From Nageia nagi (taxonomy: Eukaryota; Plantae; Pinophyta): 64,000 nt of DNA. Shown in pieces: positions 51,203-64,000 of this stretch. The notes beneath the pieces were generated by a model. The model saw nothing but the letters and a program-made list of their open reading frames with translations, was not told the DNA's origin and ran no database searches. Position numbers and translations under genes: made by a program. The number at the start of each line of letters is the position of its first letter. Position 1 is the first letter of the stretch. The stretch lies in the NCBI GenBank assembly GCA_050084985.1, contig JBITNC010000001.1, forward strand, positions 170,438,001 to 170,502,000. The letters run 5' to 3'.

Positions 51203-53834
51203 AAAGGAAGGATTAACCATATACTAGTGCCTCCTTATCAGGAGCATTGTGATACCATTTATTTGTGTCAAAGGAAATTTTAATGGGTAACACATAGTAG
51301 ACCTCATTAATATGGGAGTGAGCTATAACTTCATCAACTAAGAAGTAGCAGCCTATTTCATACTATAGGTAGAGGAGTTTCCAATATTTGAGGTAGCGAT
51401 AATAGACAATCATTATCCTATAAACAAGTTATTCATTGGTTGTATGTAGTACTAGATGATTTTACCATTACTCATGATTCCTTTCATTCTACTTGGTGGG
51501 GACCATTTGGTGTTGGGCATATAATGGTTGCATTTGCTTTGTAAGCTCAAATATAACCACCAAATAATGACCCTCAAATTTAAATACCTTGGGTATGAGA
51601 GAAGCATTATAGGTGTTACTGGTGACTCAACACAATAGGTTTCATTATATAGGATAAAGAGACTCCTGACATGTGGATAAGTGCACTAGATTGAAAAATG
51701 TTTTATTATTAAGGTTATATGTAATGATACAAAACCCCAAGACCCTTATTCATCTTAAGATTGATTTAAGACACTATTTTATTTTGAAAATCTATTACTA
51801 TGGTATATATAAAAGTTATATGAATAAAACAATAGATGTTATGATATCATATGTGTTATTTTAGGGTGTGTTTATCAAAAATTTGACTCATATTAATAAC
51901 TTACAAATGGGAATGAAGTTTTAAGTTTCATAATGCACATATAATATAATTATGCAAATATTCTCTTCATAGCATTGTATATGGGATACAGGTTTTAGGT
52001 CTATTCAAAAGATTATTTGTAGTGAAATATATGATCCTTATGATTAAATTTATTGTGTGGTAACTCATGAATTTGAGCTACATAATATTTAATCTAAAAT
52101 AAAATTGTAATATTATTAAAGGGTATAGTTTATTACCTATGACTTGTAGGTGTCAAAGATTGAGAAGGATCTTGACAAAGTGTAGACATAAGCATGAAGT
52201 CTTCATTATAGAAACCACCTTGAGTATATTAACAGTAAGATAAGATTTACTTGGTAAATATACAAGTGACCTAATAATGATTGAACTAAATTTGGAGTAT
52301 ATTTTAAGCCTACCGAGGATTGATTTAAGTACTAATTGAAGGAGAAGAATTTAAGATGAAGTAGAATAATTACACTTTAATTATAAATAATATTAGTAAT
52401 TTAATAAAAAATTACCAACATGTAAATAATAATATATTTTTTTAAAAAATAAAAGGAATATAACTTAAGATATCCAAATTGTTGACTAAGATGTAATTTG
52501 TATGTGCGTCCATGTATCAAAGTCATAACTATAATTTTGATGAATGATTTCTATTACTAGAAATCTATCTCCAGAGAAAGTTGGTTCTTATCGAGATTGG
52601 GTTAAGAATTGGAAAAGAAAGGGGTGCAAAAAATAAAATTGTGATACTATAGAAAATCTAAAATGTTAGGTTAGTGGGTGCAAATAAACAAAAACAAATA
52701 TCTAGACCAGCACATGCATCCATTATAGCAGAATCCAAGCTAGTCAAATAGTTTAATTTTATAGCCACCAAATAATGCACAACACTCCAAGTAATAATAA
52801 TAATATAAGCATTTTGTAGATACAAACTAACTATTGATAATCTCTCATAGTCCATGAAGTGCAAATAAACATATCACACAATGATTTAAGAAAAGTATCA
52901 AATAGATCAGAGTTAAGAGATCGAGAAGTAAATTATATCTTACTATCATTAAAAAAAGTACAAAATAGGGGAAATATATACTATATCCTATCCCTTCTCT
53001 TTCAACAAAGGTAGTGTTTATAGTTGTCCTTTGGAAAATATCTTCTAACTAGTTCCTAACAAACTTTGACAAATAAAATATCTATAACAAACTATCTAGA
53101 TATTTACAATGTATCATATTGGATATTTGATAAGATTTAGAACTTGGATTCAAATCTATAAATATCTGAATCAATCCTCCATGTGTGTTAACAGTATTCA
53201 GTTTGTTCAAAACTTGAAACTTGAATCTATAAGTTGAAATTACCTTCTTGGAATGAAAACATATTTTTTAAGGGTTTCAATGATATATATAGGTGCTTAC
53301 GTTTGGACGTATCCATCAATAAAATACAAAGGTAAAACACACTATTTTGGAAGAATGTTGTAGGCATGCTTTGATTTTCATGGTTGGAAATTGAATCTTT
53401 AAAATTGAAACATTTAAGGTAGGTTATCTAACTGAGATGTTCCTTGATATATTATCAAACCACTTTTGATAGGGTTAGAATTGAAGAAAATGACTTGTTG
53501 GATTTTCTCATTATTTCGATAGAATATGGTCTTATATGCTTTGTAGGATCTTCACCAAAATCAAATGTTCTACAAAAAATATAAGAAAATGGCTAAGTAT
53601 AATATTGTATTATTTTTCCACCATTCTAATGAACTTCATCCATCTAAAAACTTTTAGATCCCTGCTAAAATTGGACACTATAGAAAATGCTCAAAAATTG
53701 ACTAAGTACCAACACTAACTTATTTTGTTGCTATTTCAATAAACTTTGTTTACACCAATACTGTTAGATCTTCATCAAAATTAAACACTATAGGAAATGT
53801 CTAAAATTGACTAAGTATAAATATTCTATCAAAC

Positions 53835-54613
53835 AATAAAGGATGTAAATATAGCATACCCATACAAAACTCTTCTTATTTCTCTAAAAATATGTATGGA
53901 TATATACAAACCATAGTACATAAGATGTAATGTGAAAACCCTAAAAAGGAAAACCACAACCAAAGATCTCACTCCACTTTACTAGATTACAACTTTAAGA
54001 AAAGTATAATATTTCCAAGTTAACTCAACTTGGAATTTAGCCCCAACAAAACTTCACATAATAATTACAAATGATATTTATTCATCTGTTATCATCACTC
54101 TCCACCATGTCATATTTTCCAATAAATAATAGAAAATATGATTATTAGAGAACTCAAGATAGGTGAAGTGCATCAAATACATGTTACTTGCACTTACATT
54201 ATCAATACAAGAGAATATTTGTCCTCCATTAGAATTCTACCACTTAGCCACATGTCACCACTTAACTTAAATTGCCTTCCACTTTGCCAACACACTCATA
54301 TTTCAATGCGTAGTCACATTTGACCACATACTATTTGACTTTAGTTAATTAACTAATATTGATCTATTCTAATAAATAAATATTTAACTAGAGCTTAGGT
54401 ATTAATAATAGTATATATAATAAATAAATTTAATACATTTATTTATTGTATACTTTAGGTTATAGAATAAATGTAGAATTAATTAGATATAATTAATATT
54501 GTAATACCAAATAACTAAATTTATTAACTACATAAATATTACACAATTATTCACCTATTTAATTAGGTAAATTTACATAGACTAACATCAAAATTGGATT
54601 ATTATTTCCAACA
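53835..54613 (-). repeat. Possible decayed solo LTR
   Basis: GTGAAAACCC...GGAAAACCACAAC copia-LTR-like motif near 53931; ends in CCAACA; CAAAC on both sides could be a TSD, but the left terminus is not TG. Confidence 0.3.
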
Positions 54614-57371
54614 CAAACTCTTTTACAAAATAGATTCAAATGAAATTAATTATCAGCGTTGATCTTGGCCAAGAAAATACAAGGAAAAAGATCATAATGA
54701 TTTATTGAAATTATAGCTATTTATAATTTGAAAATATGTAAATAGTAAATAATGTTATTAACTTCAAATAATTGGAAAGGGATGAATAAGAAGTTTTATA
54801 ATCTCCTCATTTGAAATTCAAAATTTGAATTTTAACCTATAAGGTAAAGAAATTAAATAATTAATCAAATATGTAAAATGGAGAATAAATGACTGAATTA
54901 AATCTTGATAAAAATAAATTTACTTTTGTATTTTATATTTCAAATTCATGAAAATAAAGGGATAGTATTATAATATTTAAAAGCTAAATGTTGCTTGAAA
55001 TTATCATTTATAATTGTTAAGTAATTATATATAAAGGAAGATAATGTTACTTGCTATTAGAAATGTTGTCATTGAAAATAAATAAGCGTAAATATTTTTA
55101 AATTGAAATAATGTAAAGGTATGTTTGTTGAGAAAGGAGTACTTTGGAAACCCTCACTCCTCACCAAACTCTAAGTGTTGCATCTCTTTCTTATTGATTA
55201 ACATGATAGAATATTAGGGAATTCAAGAGAGATGTTTGAGAAGGCACAATCAAGCTAAGTTATCCTTTATGATTTCTTCATTGGAAGCTAAGAAGAGATG
55301 GTTTTGTTACCATCTAGAGGGAACTCTTGAGGTTGGGAAAGATGTATTTTATCTCACAACCCATTATTAGCTCAAGATGAAATAAACTTAAAAAAATTCT
55401 TGATTGAAGAGTTATCCATATATACTTCATCTATCATAACTAATAAAATATGATAGTATTTAAAATATGAAATTTCTAAGTAGGTGTTGATTATATATCC
55501 TTAAAGAAACAAAACTATCCTCAAGGTGTTGCTTATATATCCTTGAAGAAACAAAACTCTCATTGGCACATTTCCATTGTTGAAGATGCTAGAATCAAGT
55601 ACTTACTTGCCCCAAGTACCAAAGAAGAACCCCAATCAAATGCACTACCTAATTACATGCTATAAATGAGAAAGAATATGTATTTTGGATGCACCATAGA
55701 TTGCATGCTATAACCAAATGCCACAAGAATGCAGTAACTCAACCTACATCACATGATTTCATGTTATAATTGAGTACTAATCCCAATTTGATCTTGGTCA
55801 TACCACCTAATTGCATGCTATAACCAAGGATCAAAGTCCACAATATCAAGGACTATTTGTTGTATTGAATTCTATTTAGAGTCCTCAAGAATAAAGGAAT
55901 ATTTTCTAAATTAGTTACCTGAGAGGACTTTACTTTACTTAAAATCATAACATCAAGAATCATCAACATTGCCTTGAACTATTTTAAGTCCCCAAGAGCA
56001 AAGGACTATCTAAATCTTGCTCTCAATTTAAGACTATACTTTTCTTTTATCTATATTTTATGTTGATGTATAATATTATTAATAAAATCCTACTTAAGAA
56101 TATGCTTTTTTTTTAATCTTCCTATTCTCATTATCTAAAATATGGATTAAATATCTCAAACTTTTATCTAAATATATACAACCATTGTACAATTTTTTCC
56201 ATAAAGGTTATCTAAAACTTTTGCCCCTTACCTTAAGCAAATATGCTTTCTATGAAAATAAATATTTTTCAGTGAAAATATAATTTATCTTATTGAATTC
56301 TTAATTGAACTCCAAATCATACTACACTCAACTAAATTTCCATATCTAACTAAACCCTCTAATATTGAATATGAACAAACTTAAATTTTAGCTCATACTA
56401 ATCATAAAATTAATCTTCCAATTTACCCTAATATAATTTATTTCAAATTGCTAAAGAGCTATCAAATTTCATCCTTTATATTCTCCCTTTTTTATTTATT
56501 AGAAGCACATAATAATATCATTTACTTGGTTAGGCATAGAAACACTACTACAATAACTTGTTGTAGCATTAGGGAGGGCATCAGGGTGTAGTGTATTTTT
56601 TAATTTTTTTTATTTTATTTTATGATGTTATGGGTGACACTACATGACACATTAGTTTTAGTGACATAATTGGTGACTCATTTAGCATTAGCTAGCATTA
56701 CATTTAGCATCAAAATTCAAACATCAAACTTGAATTTTTCAACATGCATTTAGCATTAAAGAAAGAAATATTAAATATTATTTTTAATGTTGCATTTTGC
56801 ATCATCTTGATGCTAATATAGCATCATAATTCAACGTTAGAGAAAGTGACATACAATTTTGTTTATAGCATTGTACTTCTTATCGCTTTTAGCATCAAAA
56901 ACCAATGTCAGAGAAAGTGCCATAAAATTATGTATCTAGAGTTGTATTTTGCATCGTGTTTAGCCTTAATTGTAACATCAAAGTGTATGTTGTTTGTTGT
57001 ATTAGATCTAGTCTATTTATACGATAATACTAGTATCATAAAAATGAATTTTTGTCCAAAAAATTGTATTAAATTATAAAAATTTGTCAATTTCATATAT
57101 TATTAAATTATTCAAATATTAAAAATATTAATTTTTTAATTTTTAAAATTTATCAATTCCATATAATTAAAATTATTAAAAAATTTCAATTTTGTATTAT
57201 TAAATTTAATATTTACAAATTTGTACTATTTCATCATCATCATCACTATTCATCATTAAAAAGATGTATATCATCATCATAATAATTAAAAAATTGTATT
57301 TGTATTAAAATAAAAAATAGTTTAATATTCAAAAATTTGTATAATAATAATAATCATCATCACATAGACAT

Positions 57372-58340
57372 TCATAAATTCATGCTATCACCACCACCAC
57401 CATCATCATGCATATCTTTATCATGTGGTCCCTCATGCTCACTAGGCATGATCCTCATGATCATCATGTCGATCCTAATCATGTGATCCCTCATGCTTGT
57501 TAGTCTATATCAAACTCACAGTTTGCAAAAAATAATTAAATAAATGTTAGTAAATAATTAAAAATTAAAAATATTATACATCAATATCAAGTATAATTTA
57601 TTAAAATTAATTACCAAAATTACAAAATGCATAGAGTTGAGAGGACACAACTTAATGAAGTTCCATAAATAATTAGGGGTTTTAATGTTACTAATTACTT
57701 ACCATCTCATCCATCATAGTTACTAGCCTATCCCAATCATGTCTAAGGCCATATCTCAATTGTTTGTTTGTGGGAAATTTGTTATATCTCACAAACTACA
57801 AAAAAAATAGTAAATATTAATTATTTATTTTAAAATAATTAATAATTCATTAAATATACTAACAAACTTGGTCTCAATCCCATTCTCCCCTACATGCCCT
57901 ATTTGATGTGTATCAAACCTTGATCTACTCATTCATGCTAAAGAAACATTTTCCTACTATGAGGGTTCATTTGAAATGGATTTGCACCCTTTCTCATCAC
58001 TCACTTTATTTATCATGCTATTCCACACTTTTGTATTAATTCCAAGTGGTCTTTGATTCATGGTGCATTGATCTGGTGGGAGATTTTTTATCTTTTGTCT
58101 TAGCTTATCCCTCTTCCAATTCACATTCCTACTTTTCCTTTCGAGTACATATTTCATACTCCACCAATCACCAAAAGGGAAGTTATTATTATTTGTTTGC
58201 TTGCAAAATACAAAATTATAAGAAAATAGTTTATAATTTTTTGGTAGATATATTTTTAAAAATTTATAATTTTTTTTGAAAATTAGAATAAATGAACTAA
58301 ACAAATACTATTAATAATAATTTGTAATAAACCATACATA
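57372..58340 (-). pseudogene. Spliced TnpA/Ptta-like (plant En/Spm ORF2) remnant
   Basis: RPLGINTKVWNSMINKVSDEKG...SRSRFDTHQIG. Minus-strand splice signals: G|GTAAGT near 57700, TTTTTGTAG near 57797, GTTTGTTAG near 57860. Low-complexity D/G/H-rich tail. Confidence 0.45.
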
Positions 58341-58439
58341 CCATCTTTTCTTTGGTCTTTCTATTCAACATCTAATGATGAATCAAACTCCAACAACATC
58401 AACTCCCTAAGGGCATCATAAAAAAGCTCTTGCATTATT

Positions 58440-59165
58440 TTTAGGGGTTAATGTTTGGTTTAGGATTAGGATTTAAAGGTTATTACTTGGTTTAGGGGTT
58501 AGGTTTTAGGATTATTTTTTAGGGTTTAGGATTCAAGGGTTAGGGATTAAGGTTTAGAGGTTCAAGGTTTAAGGTTTAAATCTTTAAAAAAATTTAATTT
58601 ATTTTATATTAAAAGTAACAAATTTAAAATTTAAATTAATTAATTCATTTATTACATAAATAAATAGATAATATTTTAAATTAAATTAAAATATTTTATT
58701 CTTTTAGGGTTTAAAGGTTAGGTATTAGGGTTTAGGATTTAGGGTCTAGGGGTTAGGATTTAATGTTTAGGGTTTAGGGGTTAGGGTTCAAGATTAGTGT
58801 TTACCATCTAGGGAATAGGGCTTTGCATTTAGGGTTAAATTTTAGGGGTTAGGGGTTAAAGGTATAGGATCATGGTTTAGGAGTTAGGGTTTAGGGTTAG
58901 GCATTAGGGTTTAGGAGTTAGATTCTTGGGGTTAGAGGTTCATGATTAGGGTTTAGGGGTTAGGTTTTAGTTTTAGTATTTAGGGTTTAGGATTTAAGAT
59001 TATGGATTTGGATTTAAGGTTTAAAGTCTAGGGGTTAGGGTTTAGGAGTTAGGTTTTAAGGGCTAAGGGATAATGTTTAGGGTTTGGGGTTATTATTTAG
59101 GGTTTAGGATTTTAAGGGTTAGGGATAAGGGTTTAAGGGTTTAGGGATTAGGATCTAAGTCTTTA
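58440..59165 (+). repeat. Degenerate interstitial telomere-like (TTTAGGG/TTAGGG) arrays in two blocks
   Basis: Many TTTAGGG, TTAGGG and TTTAGGA units at 58440-58580 and 58705-59160, each block followed by a related AT-rich segment. Confidence 0.9.
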
Positions 59166-60194
59166 TGGTTTTTAAGTAATTTTATAATAAAATTAAAAAA
59201 ATTAATTTTTAAATTAATTAATTCATTAATTAGATAAATTAAATAAATAAATAGATAATATTTTTAACTAAATTTAAATATTTTATTTTCTTATATTTAG
59301 ATAATATGTAACTAGTTTTTATTTATTTTATTTAGATAATATTTTTATATTTATATGGGAATGAATTGTAATAATATTATTGTATTAGCTTAGATTTCAT
59401 ATGTGTGTGCTTTATTTTCTAGATGCATTTGCCTTTAAAATGAACATCAGTGAGTTGGAGGTGATGACCAACCATTGATTCTTCTTTTCATGAGTTCTAA
59501 CCACAATACTTTCTTATCCATAAAGTTGGCTACACTTGGATTTGATCATCAAGGTAGTCATCCCCCTAGGATATGAGTCATCACTTTCTATGTCTAATGA
59601 TTATAAATAAGGGAGATGAGAGTTTTTTTTGGCCTAATCCTTAGACCTGTGACTCCATTAATGAAACCATGAGGGTTTGAGTCCTCCATGATGGTAAGCT
59701 ATGAATTACTCTTCTGACAACTTCCCTATGCCATATTGAACTTCAGGGACCACTTTAGTTACCATGTTGATAATTAACCCTAGGAAGCATTTTATCCACC
59801 TTATCTTGCCTAGAGCTTATGTTAGTTAAATAAGGTTTAGATTTCCAAATGTATAGGTAGAATTGTAATTACCACTTCAAGTATATTGTTATGTGACTCA
59901 TTGGCAAGATATGGTAAACCCAGCTTATAATTTTACTAGCTTACCTTGTTTTAACACCTGACTAGTATACATTCTAGGAAAATTAAAAACTTCAAAAATT
60001 TACTTCACACTACTCACATTAATAAGATTTGATCAATTTAAGAAATTGTAAACATTTAGAATCATATCACATTACATGATAAAGTAATCAGCGATATAGG
60101 TTGTTTGATGCACATTTATGAAGTTGTAAAAAAGATAACCAAGTTGCATTATATTATCTTAATTCAACATTTTAAACATAAACACTAAATGTTA

Positions 60195-60405
60195 AACACC
60201 TTAAACCCCTAAATATTAATTAAACATTTTTAACCTTAAGTGAATATTTTACACCAAGTCAATTTTAAACCCTAAGTCAACATTTCTAAACATAAGTCAA
60301 CATTTCTAACCCTAAATCAATTTTTTAAATCCTAAGTAAATATTTTAAACCCTAAGTCAACATTTTTAACCCTAATAAATATTTTAAACACTAAGTTAAT
60401 ATTTT
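60195..60405 (+). repeat. ~20-bp tandem repeat containing a telo-box (AAACCCTAAGTCAACATTTT)
   Basis: About 9 degenerate copies, in the opposite polarity to the 58.4-59.2 kb array. Confidence 0.85.
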
Positions 60406-60563
60406 ATGATTATACTTAAAATAATTTAAATACAATTTGATTTTACTTTATAGAATATATTTTAATATTTAGATAATATATTATTTATATATACATTTTA
60501 TAATGCGAGTCCTGATTATTTCTATTTTTTAATTTTAAAGAAGGTATCATTATGTTGAGGTAT

Positions 60564-60758
60564 ATGAGGATTGATGTATCATATGATAATGGTAAAATAC
60601 CACCAATTCATCGTATGAGAATAAATGTATCATCTGATGATGATGAGATGCCATTATTTCATCCTAGGAGAATGAAAGTGTCATCTAATGTGGATGAGAT
60701 GCCACTAGTTCATCTTAGGAGGATGGATGTGTCATCTTATTATGATGATGACCCCAAG
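60564..60758 (+). repeat. 51-bp (17-aa) coding-type tandem repeat, ~3.8 copies, probable exon
   Basis: MRIDVSYDNGKIPPIHR / MRINVSSDDDEMPLFHP / RRMKVSSNVDEMPLVHL / RRMDVSSYYDDD; followed by AAG|GTAATT and a 77-nt AT-rich intron ending TTAG at 60835. Confidence 0.75.
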
Positions 60759-60835
60759 GTAATTAGCATCAAAATTTGATTTAGTTTTTAAATTATTATT
60801 AAATATATATCTTATTTGTATTGATGTTTTATTAG

Positions 60836-61590
60836 GCCTAAAGATACTACCTTGGAATAATTAGGTAAACATGAGGAAGAGATGACCTAGCCATTGAGTT
60901 ATTTCTGTAGGATATGCTTTTTTAGGATGTGAACCAATTGTTGATAATGAGGTAAAAGGATTTAATGATGATTTCACTCTTTATTATAGGGAATATATTA
61001 TATGTGTTCAATGTATAAAGGTTTACAAAGGCATCAAAGGGAAGAAGTAAAAGTACATAAATATGATATTGATGGCATGCTAAAACTAGAGTGTGTAATA
61101 CCTCCTACAGTTGAGAAAAATTCATATGATCTAGTTGAACCTACTAGATATTCTAAACATATAAAAAATAATTTTTTAAGAAAATACAAAATGCAAATTC
61201 ATCAAATGAAGAGGAAACAACATGTAGAAGAATAAGACTTGATAGATGAATTCAAATGTCAATAGCATGTACTAGTGCAAATGAGGAGTTATTTGATCTT
61301 CCATTAAAGAATGATACATGTGGTGATTGGTCTTTACTAGTTAATCTTCAACATTTATATCAAGATACATATGATCATTTACATATAGTGCATGGCCAAT
61401 TAAAAAACATTTTCCAAATCTTATGAGCCTTTCGGTTATTATGGTCCTTTATACATGACCAAACATTCTCTATGTTTATAGGGTGTTGGTATGGGTTTGT
61501 TTATATTATCTACTATGCATGTTCCTCTAGGTACAATACCACCATCATTAATTTCATTTTGTGGGAAAAAATATCTTAGAGCAGATTGGA
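60836..61590 (+). pseudogene. Possible CACTA TnpD/Tnp2 N-terminal remnant
   Basis: Weak motif remnants: EEVKVH, SLLVNLQ, KSYE, GMG..YIIYYACS (cf. LGM.Y..IHACP). Confidence 0.35.
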
Positions 61591-61899
61591 ATAAAATTTG
61601 AATTTGAAGTTTAAATTTCTAAAATTAAATTTAAATCTTAATTCTTTTATTGATATTTTATTTTGAAAATATAAAATAATATACAAGTAAAGGATCCACA
61701 TATCAAAATACTACCAGATCAAGGATTCTATTGAATTAGCATTCACATATAACTTTATTTCTCCTTAGTTGAAGGTTGTCATAGTTTTTCCTTTGTGATC
61801 AAGAGTTATTGTCAATCAAGAATAAAGGACCTAAAGTATTCTAGTTTTAAAAAAATATATATATTTTTTCCTTTTCAAATTTAATAGTTATGCCCCCAA

Positions 61900-64000
61900 A
61901 AAACAAAAATAGAGATATCGATGATGTTGATAGCTTGAAATTCATGGAATACGAATTCACATTGAAAATTGAAGATCTTGTCACAGATAGATTATATGGC
62001 TTGAGAAGCTATTAAAATAAAGAATGGAATCACAAAAGTTATTAGTCTCTAACCTCTTTGTAATTATTCAATACCAATGAATGATTATAGTCACAAAATC
62101 TAAGAAAATCACACAATTAAAAAAATATATCTCTGAGATACAACCCAAACAAAAATTGGATGGTACAAATGAAAAATTTTCAAAACTAAAAGATAATTAG
62201 ATGACCCAACTCAAACAATCTCAAAATCCTCCTACAACAAATATCCTAGTACAATTTTAAGATTTGATTTTTGAAATTAAGACTAAGAAGGTTGATATCC
62301 TAACACAACATGAACATCTTAGATAGAATACCACTACCCAACAATAGTCCATCCAAAAATATGTTGAGAAAAAGAAATAATGGAAATAAGTTATTATAAT
62401 ACTTGCAAAATTTGAAGAAGAAAATATGTATCATACTAAAGAACTCAATCTTTGAGTTTATGGTTTCCCAAAAAAAATAGACCCACTACAATCTAGTAAT
62501 GCTTACCTTCACAAGGTCCTAAATTTTAAAGATATCACCCTTGATAAATGTTGGACTACCCTAGAAGAGGCTCTTATTATTTATTTTTGATTAGCAAGGA
62601 ACACCTATACGATTTATAAGGTAAGAGGAAAATATTCAATTTTCTAGATAAGGTATTCCTTGATTAAGACCTAACTTAATTGCAATATGAAGAACTCAAA
62701 GCTAACAAAAATAAAATGATAGAATCTACAAAATAAAGCAAGTGGGTTTCTCATCAAAGTGGCAAATTCTAGATGTGTGATAGTCCTCCTTCAATATGGA
62801 TTAAAATTTGGATCAAATCAAGATGATTCCAAGAACTTTGTCTTTAGTCTCATATTAAATTATTTTTATGTGGAATTATGGTGGTTCTTTGTTCTCTTCT
62901 TCAAGCTCATTGAATGGTGTAATTGAATATAAAGATCTCATCCTTCTCATCAAAACCATTGAAACATAATCGAAATCACTACCATAATATATAGGCTACT
63001 CTTGATTTTCTACATATATATTGAATACTCAACAAGATGCAAAAGGATGTGGAGGTGTTGCTTACCTATATCATAAGTGATTGACTCTATGCATTCATTT
63101 AGAGTATTCAAATATCCATGCTAGATATATATGGATCTCTCTTGATAAGAAACTAATGTCTCAATGCCTTTACACTATTATTTATTACTTTATTCCTATT
63201 TAATCATTGAATTTTATTGTAGATGATGGTGTCTCACCCTACATGTGTATTTTACCTAAGATCACCTAATTTTCCCTCTTGGGTGATATCATATTATTAG
63301 GGGATTTCAATGCATAAATAGGTACATCCCAATATTGCTTACATGATATTTCTTAAAATCCTCTTAGGTTGTTGGAAATTGATCTCAATGTATTAGGACT
63401 AAAATGATAATTAATTGATGTTGGAAGGAACATCACATCTTATGGAAAACATCTGCTTAACTTGGAAGAAGTGCATGATTTGGTCATCCTCAATAGGATT
63501 TCTCAATTCCCTAAATCTAGTAATTCTACTTGTTTCTCATTCATCTTATGCAATAATGTAGTCAATTATCCTCTAAAAAATCTACCCTTCACCTTTTTTT
63601 ATCATTGATTTCAATTTCTTTGATACTCCACCATTATCCGATCATGCTTATCTTACCCTTAGCATTCCATTTACCTCACACCCCTTCTCTTTATCTTGTT
63701 AGGCCTTCCATTCACTTTGACCATAATCTTTACCACTTTTATATACAAAGCTTAAATAAGTATCTCACCACCCTCTACTTACAATATCCCATATTGAAAG
63801 AAGATATTTTTTTCTAAATCCATTTAGAAATTTGGCATTGAATCCTTCCCTCATACCATCCACATGTATTCCCTCAACTTCACCATTATCATTTCCCTTG
63901 TAACTCATGGTTTGATAATGAATGTAATATCATTTAAAAACTCACCCACTTTACTATGCCAAACAAACCCTTTATAGATAAAGAGCCTCAAATATATTAT
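61900..64000 (+). mobile_element. Decayed LINE (ORF1 C-terminus and APE endonuclease of ORF2), continues past the right edge
   Basis: VFLD*DLT*LQYEELK (ORF1-like, near 62653); KGCGGVA near 63042; DIILLGDFNA at 63285-63314; SYGKHLL..DLVILN near 63438; SDH near 63637; WFDNEC near 63908. Confidence 0.8.

Larger units (their letters stand above)
40373..51700 (+). mobile_element. Second decayed Ty3/gypsy (LTR, PBS, gag, protease), interrupted by the copia at 42373-51202
   Basis: TGTAATGTC LTR-like start at 40373; PBS-like GGCATTAGAGC at about 41011; KLTIPSFD, LHMEGVVHEW and LCFNCKGTWDPIH gag motifs; protease-region remnants LINMGVSYNFI and LVLGI*WL at 51300-51530. Confidence 0.72.
56543..61600. 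mobile_element. CACTA (En/Spm)-like DNA transposon, right end not found
   Basis: CACTACTACAA terminus at 56543, TTTAGCAT(C/T) subterminal repeats at 56680-56960, and spliced gene remnants on both strands. Confidence 0.6.

Noticed and set aside
51673-56500. Short ORFs in the AT-rich region
   Set aside because: 60-70 aa, compositionally biased, with no motifs; consistent with chance ORFs in decayed repeats.
58440-59165. True telomere or chromosome-fusion site
   Set aside because: Repeats are short, degenerate, interleaved with AT blocks and embedded in TE-like sequence.

Overview
AT-rich plant nuclear DNA, most likely from a large-genome gymnosperm (inferred from the TE types, the intron style and the MDL protein; not proven). 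One intact host gene is visible: a three-exon MIF/DDT-like gene (MDL1-type, 115 aa, 20453-25505, +). Its 4.6-kb second intron carries a LINE 3' fragment and a solo LTR. The rest is nested, mostly decayed transposons. From left to right: (1) a truncated copia (1-3.5 kb, -); (2) a Tat/Ogre-like gypsy remnant with a G-patch and a coiled-coil ORF (7-11.7 kb); (3) a full-length Reina-like chromovirus (13105-18896) inside an old copia; (4) a hAT DNA transposon (26883-36609) carrying a full-length copia (27227-33265); (5) two decayed gypsy elements, one interrupted by a full-length copia (42373-51202, -, TSD AAAGG); (6) a CACTA-like element with telomere-like arrays (56.5-61.6 kb); (7) the 5' part of a non-L1 LINE (61.9-64 kb). 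The most unusual observations: the chromovirus is flanked by a 181-bp direct duplication instead of a normal 4-6-bp TSD; the LTRs of the 42373-51202 copia contain no CG or CHG sites at all; that same element has a 3' array of perfect splice-donor motifs and a long, hairpin-rich, apparently spliced leader; and the CACTA-like element seems to have head-to-head genes with mirror-image telo-box arrays. All counts were made by eye and should be confirmed computationally.
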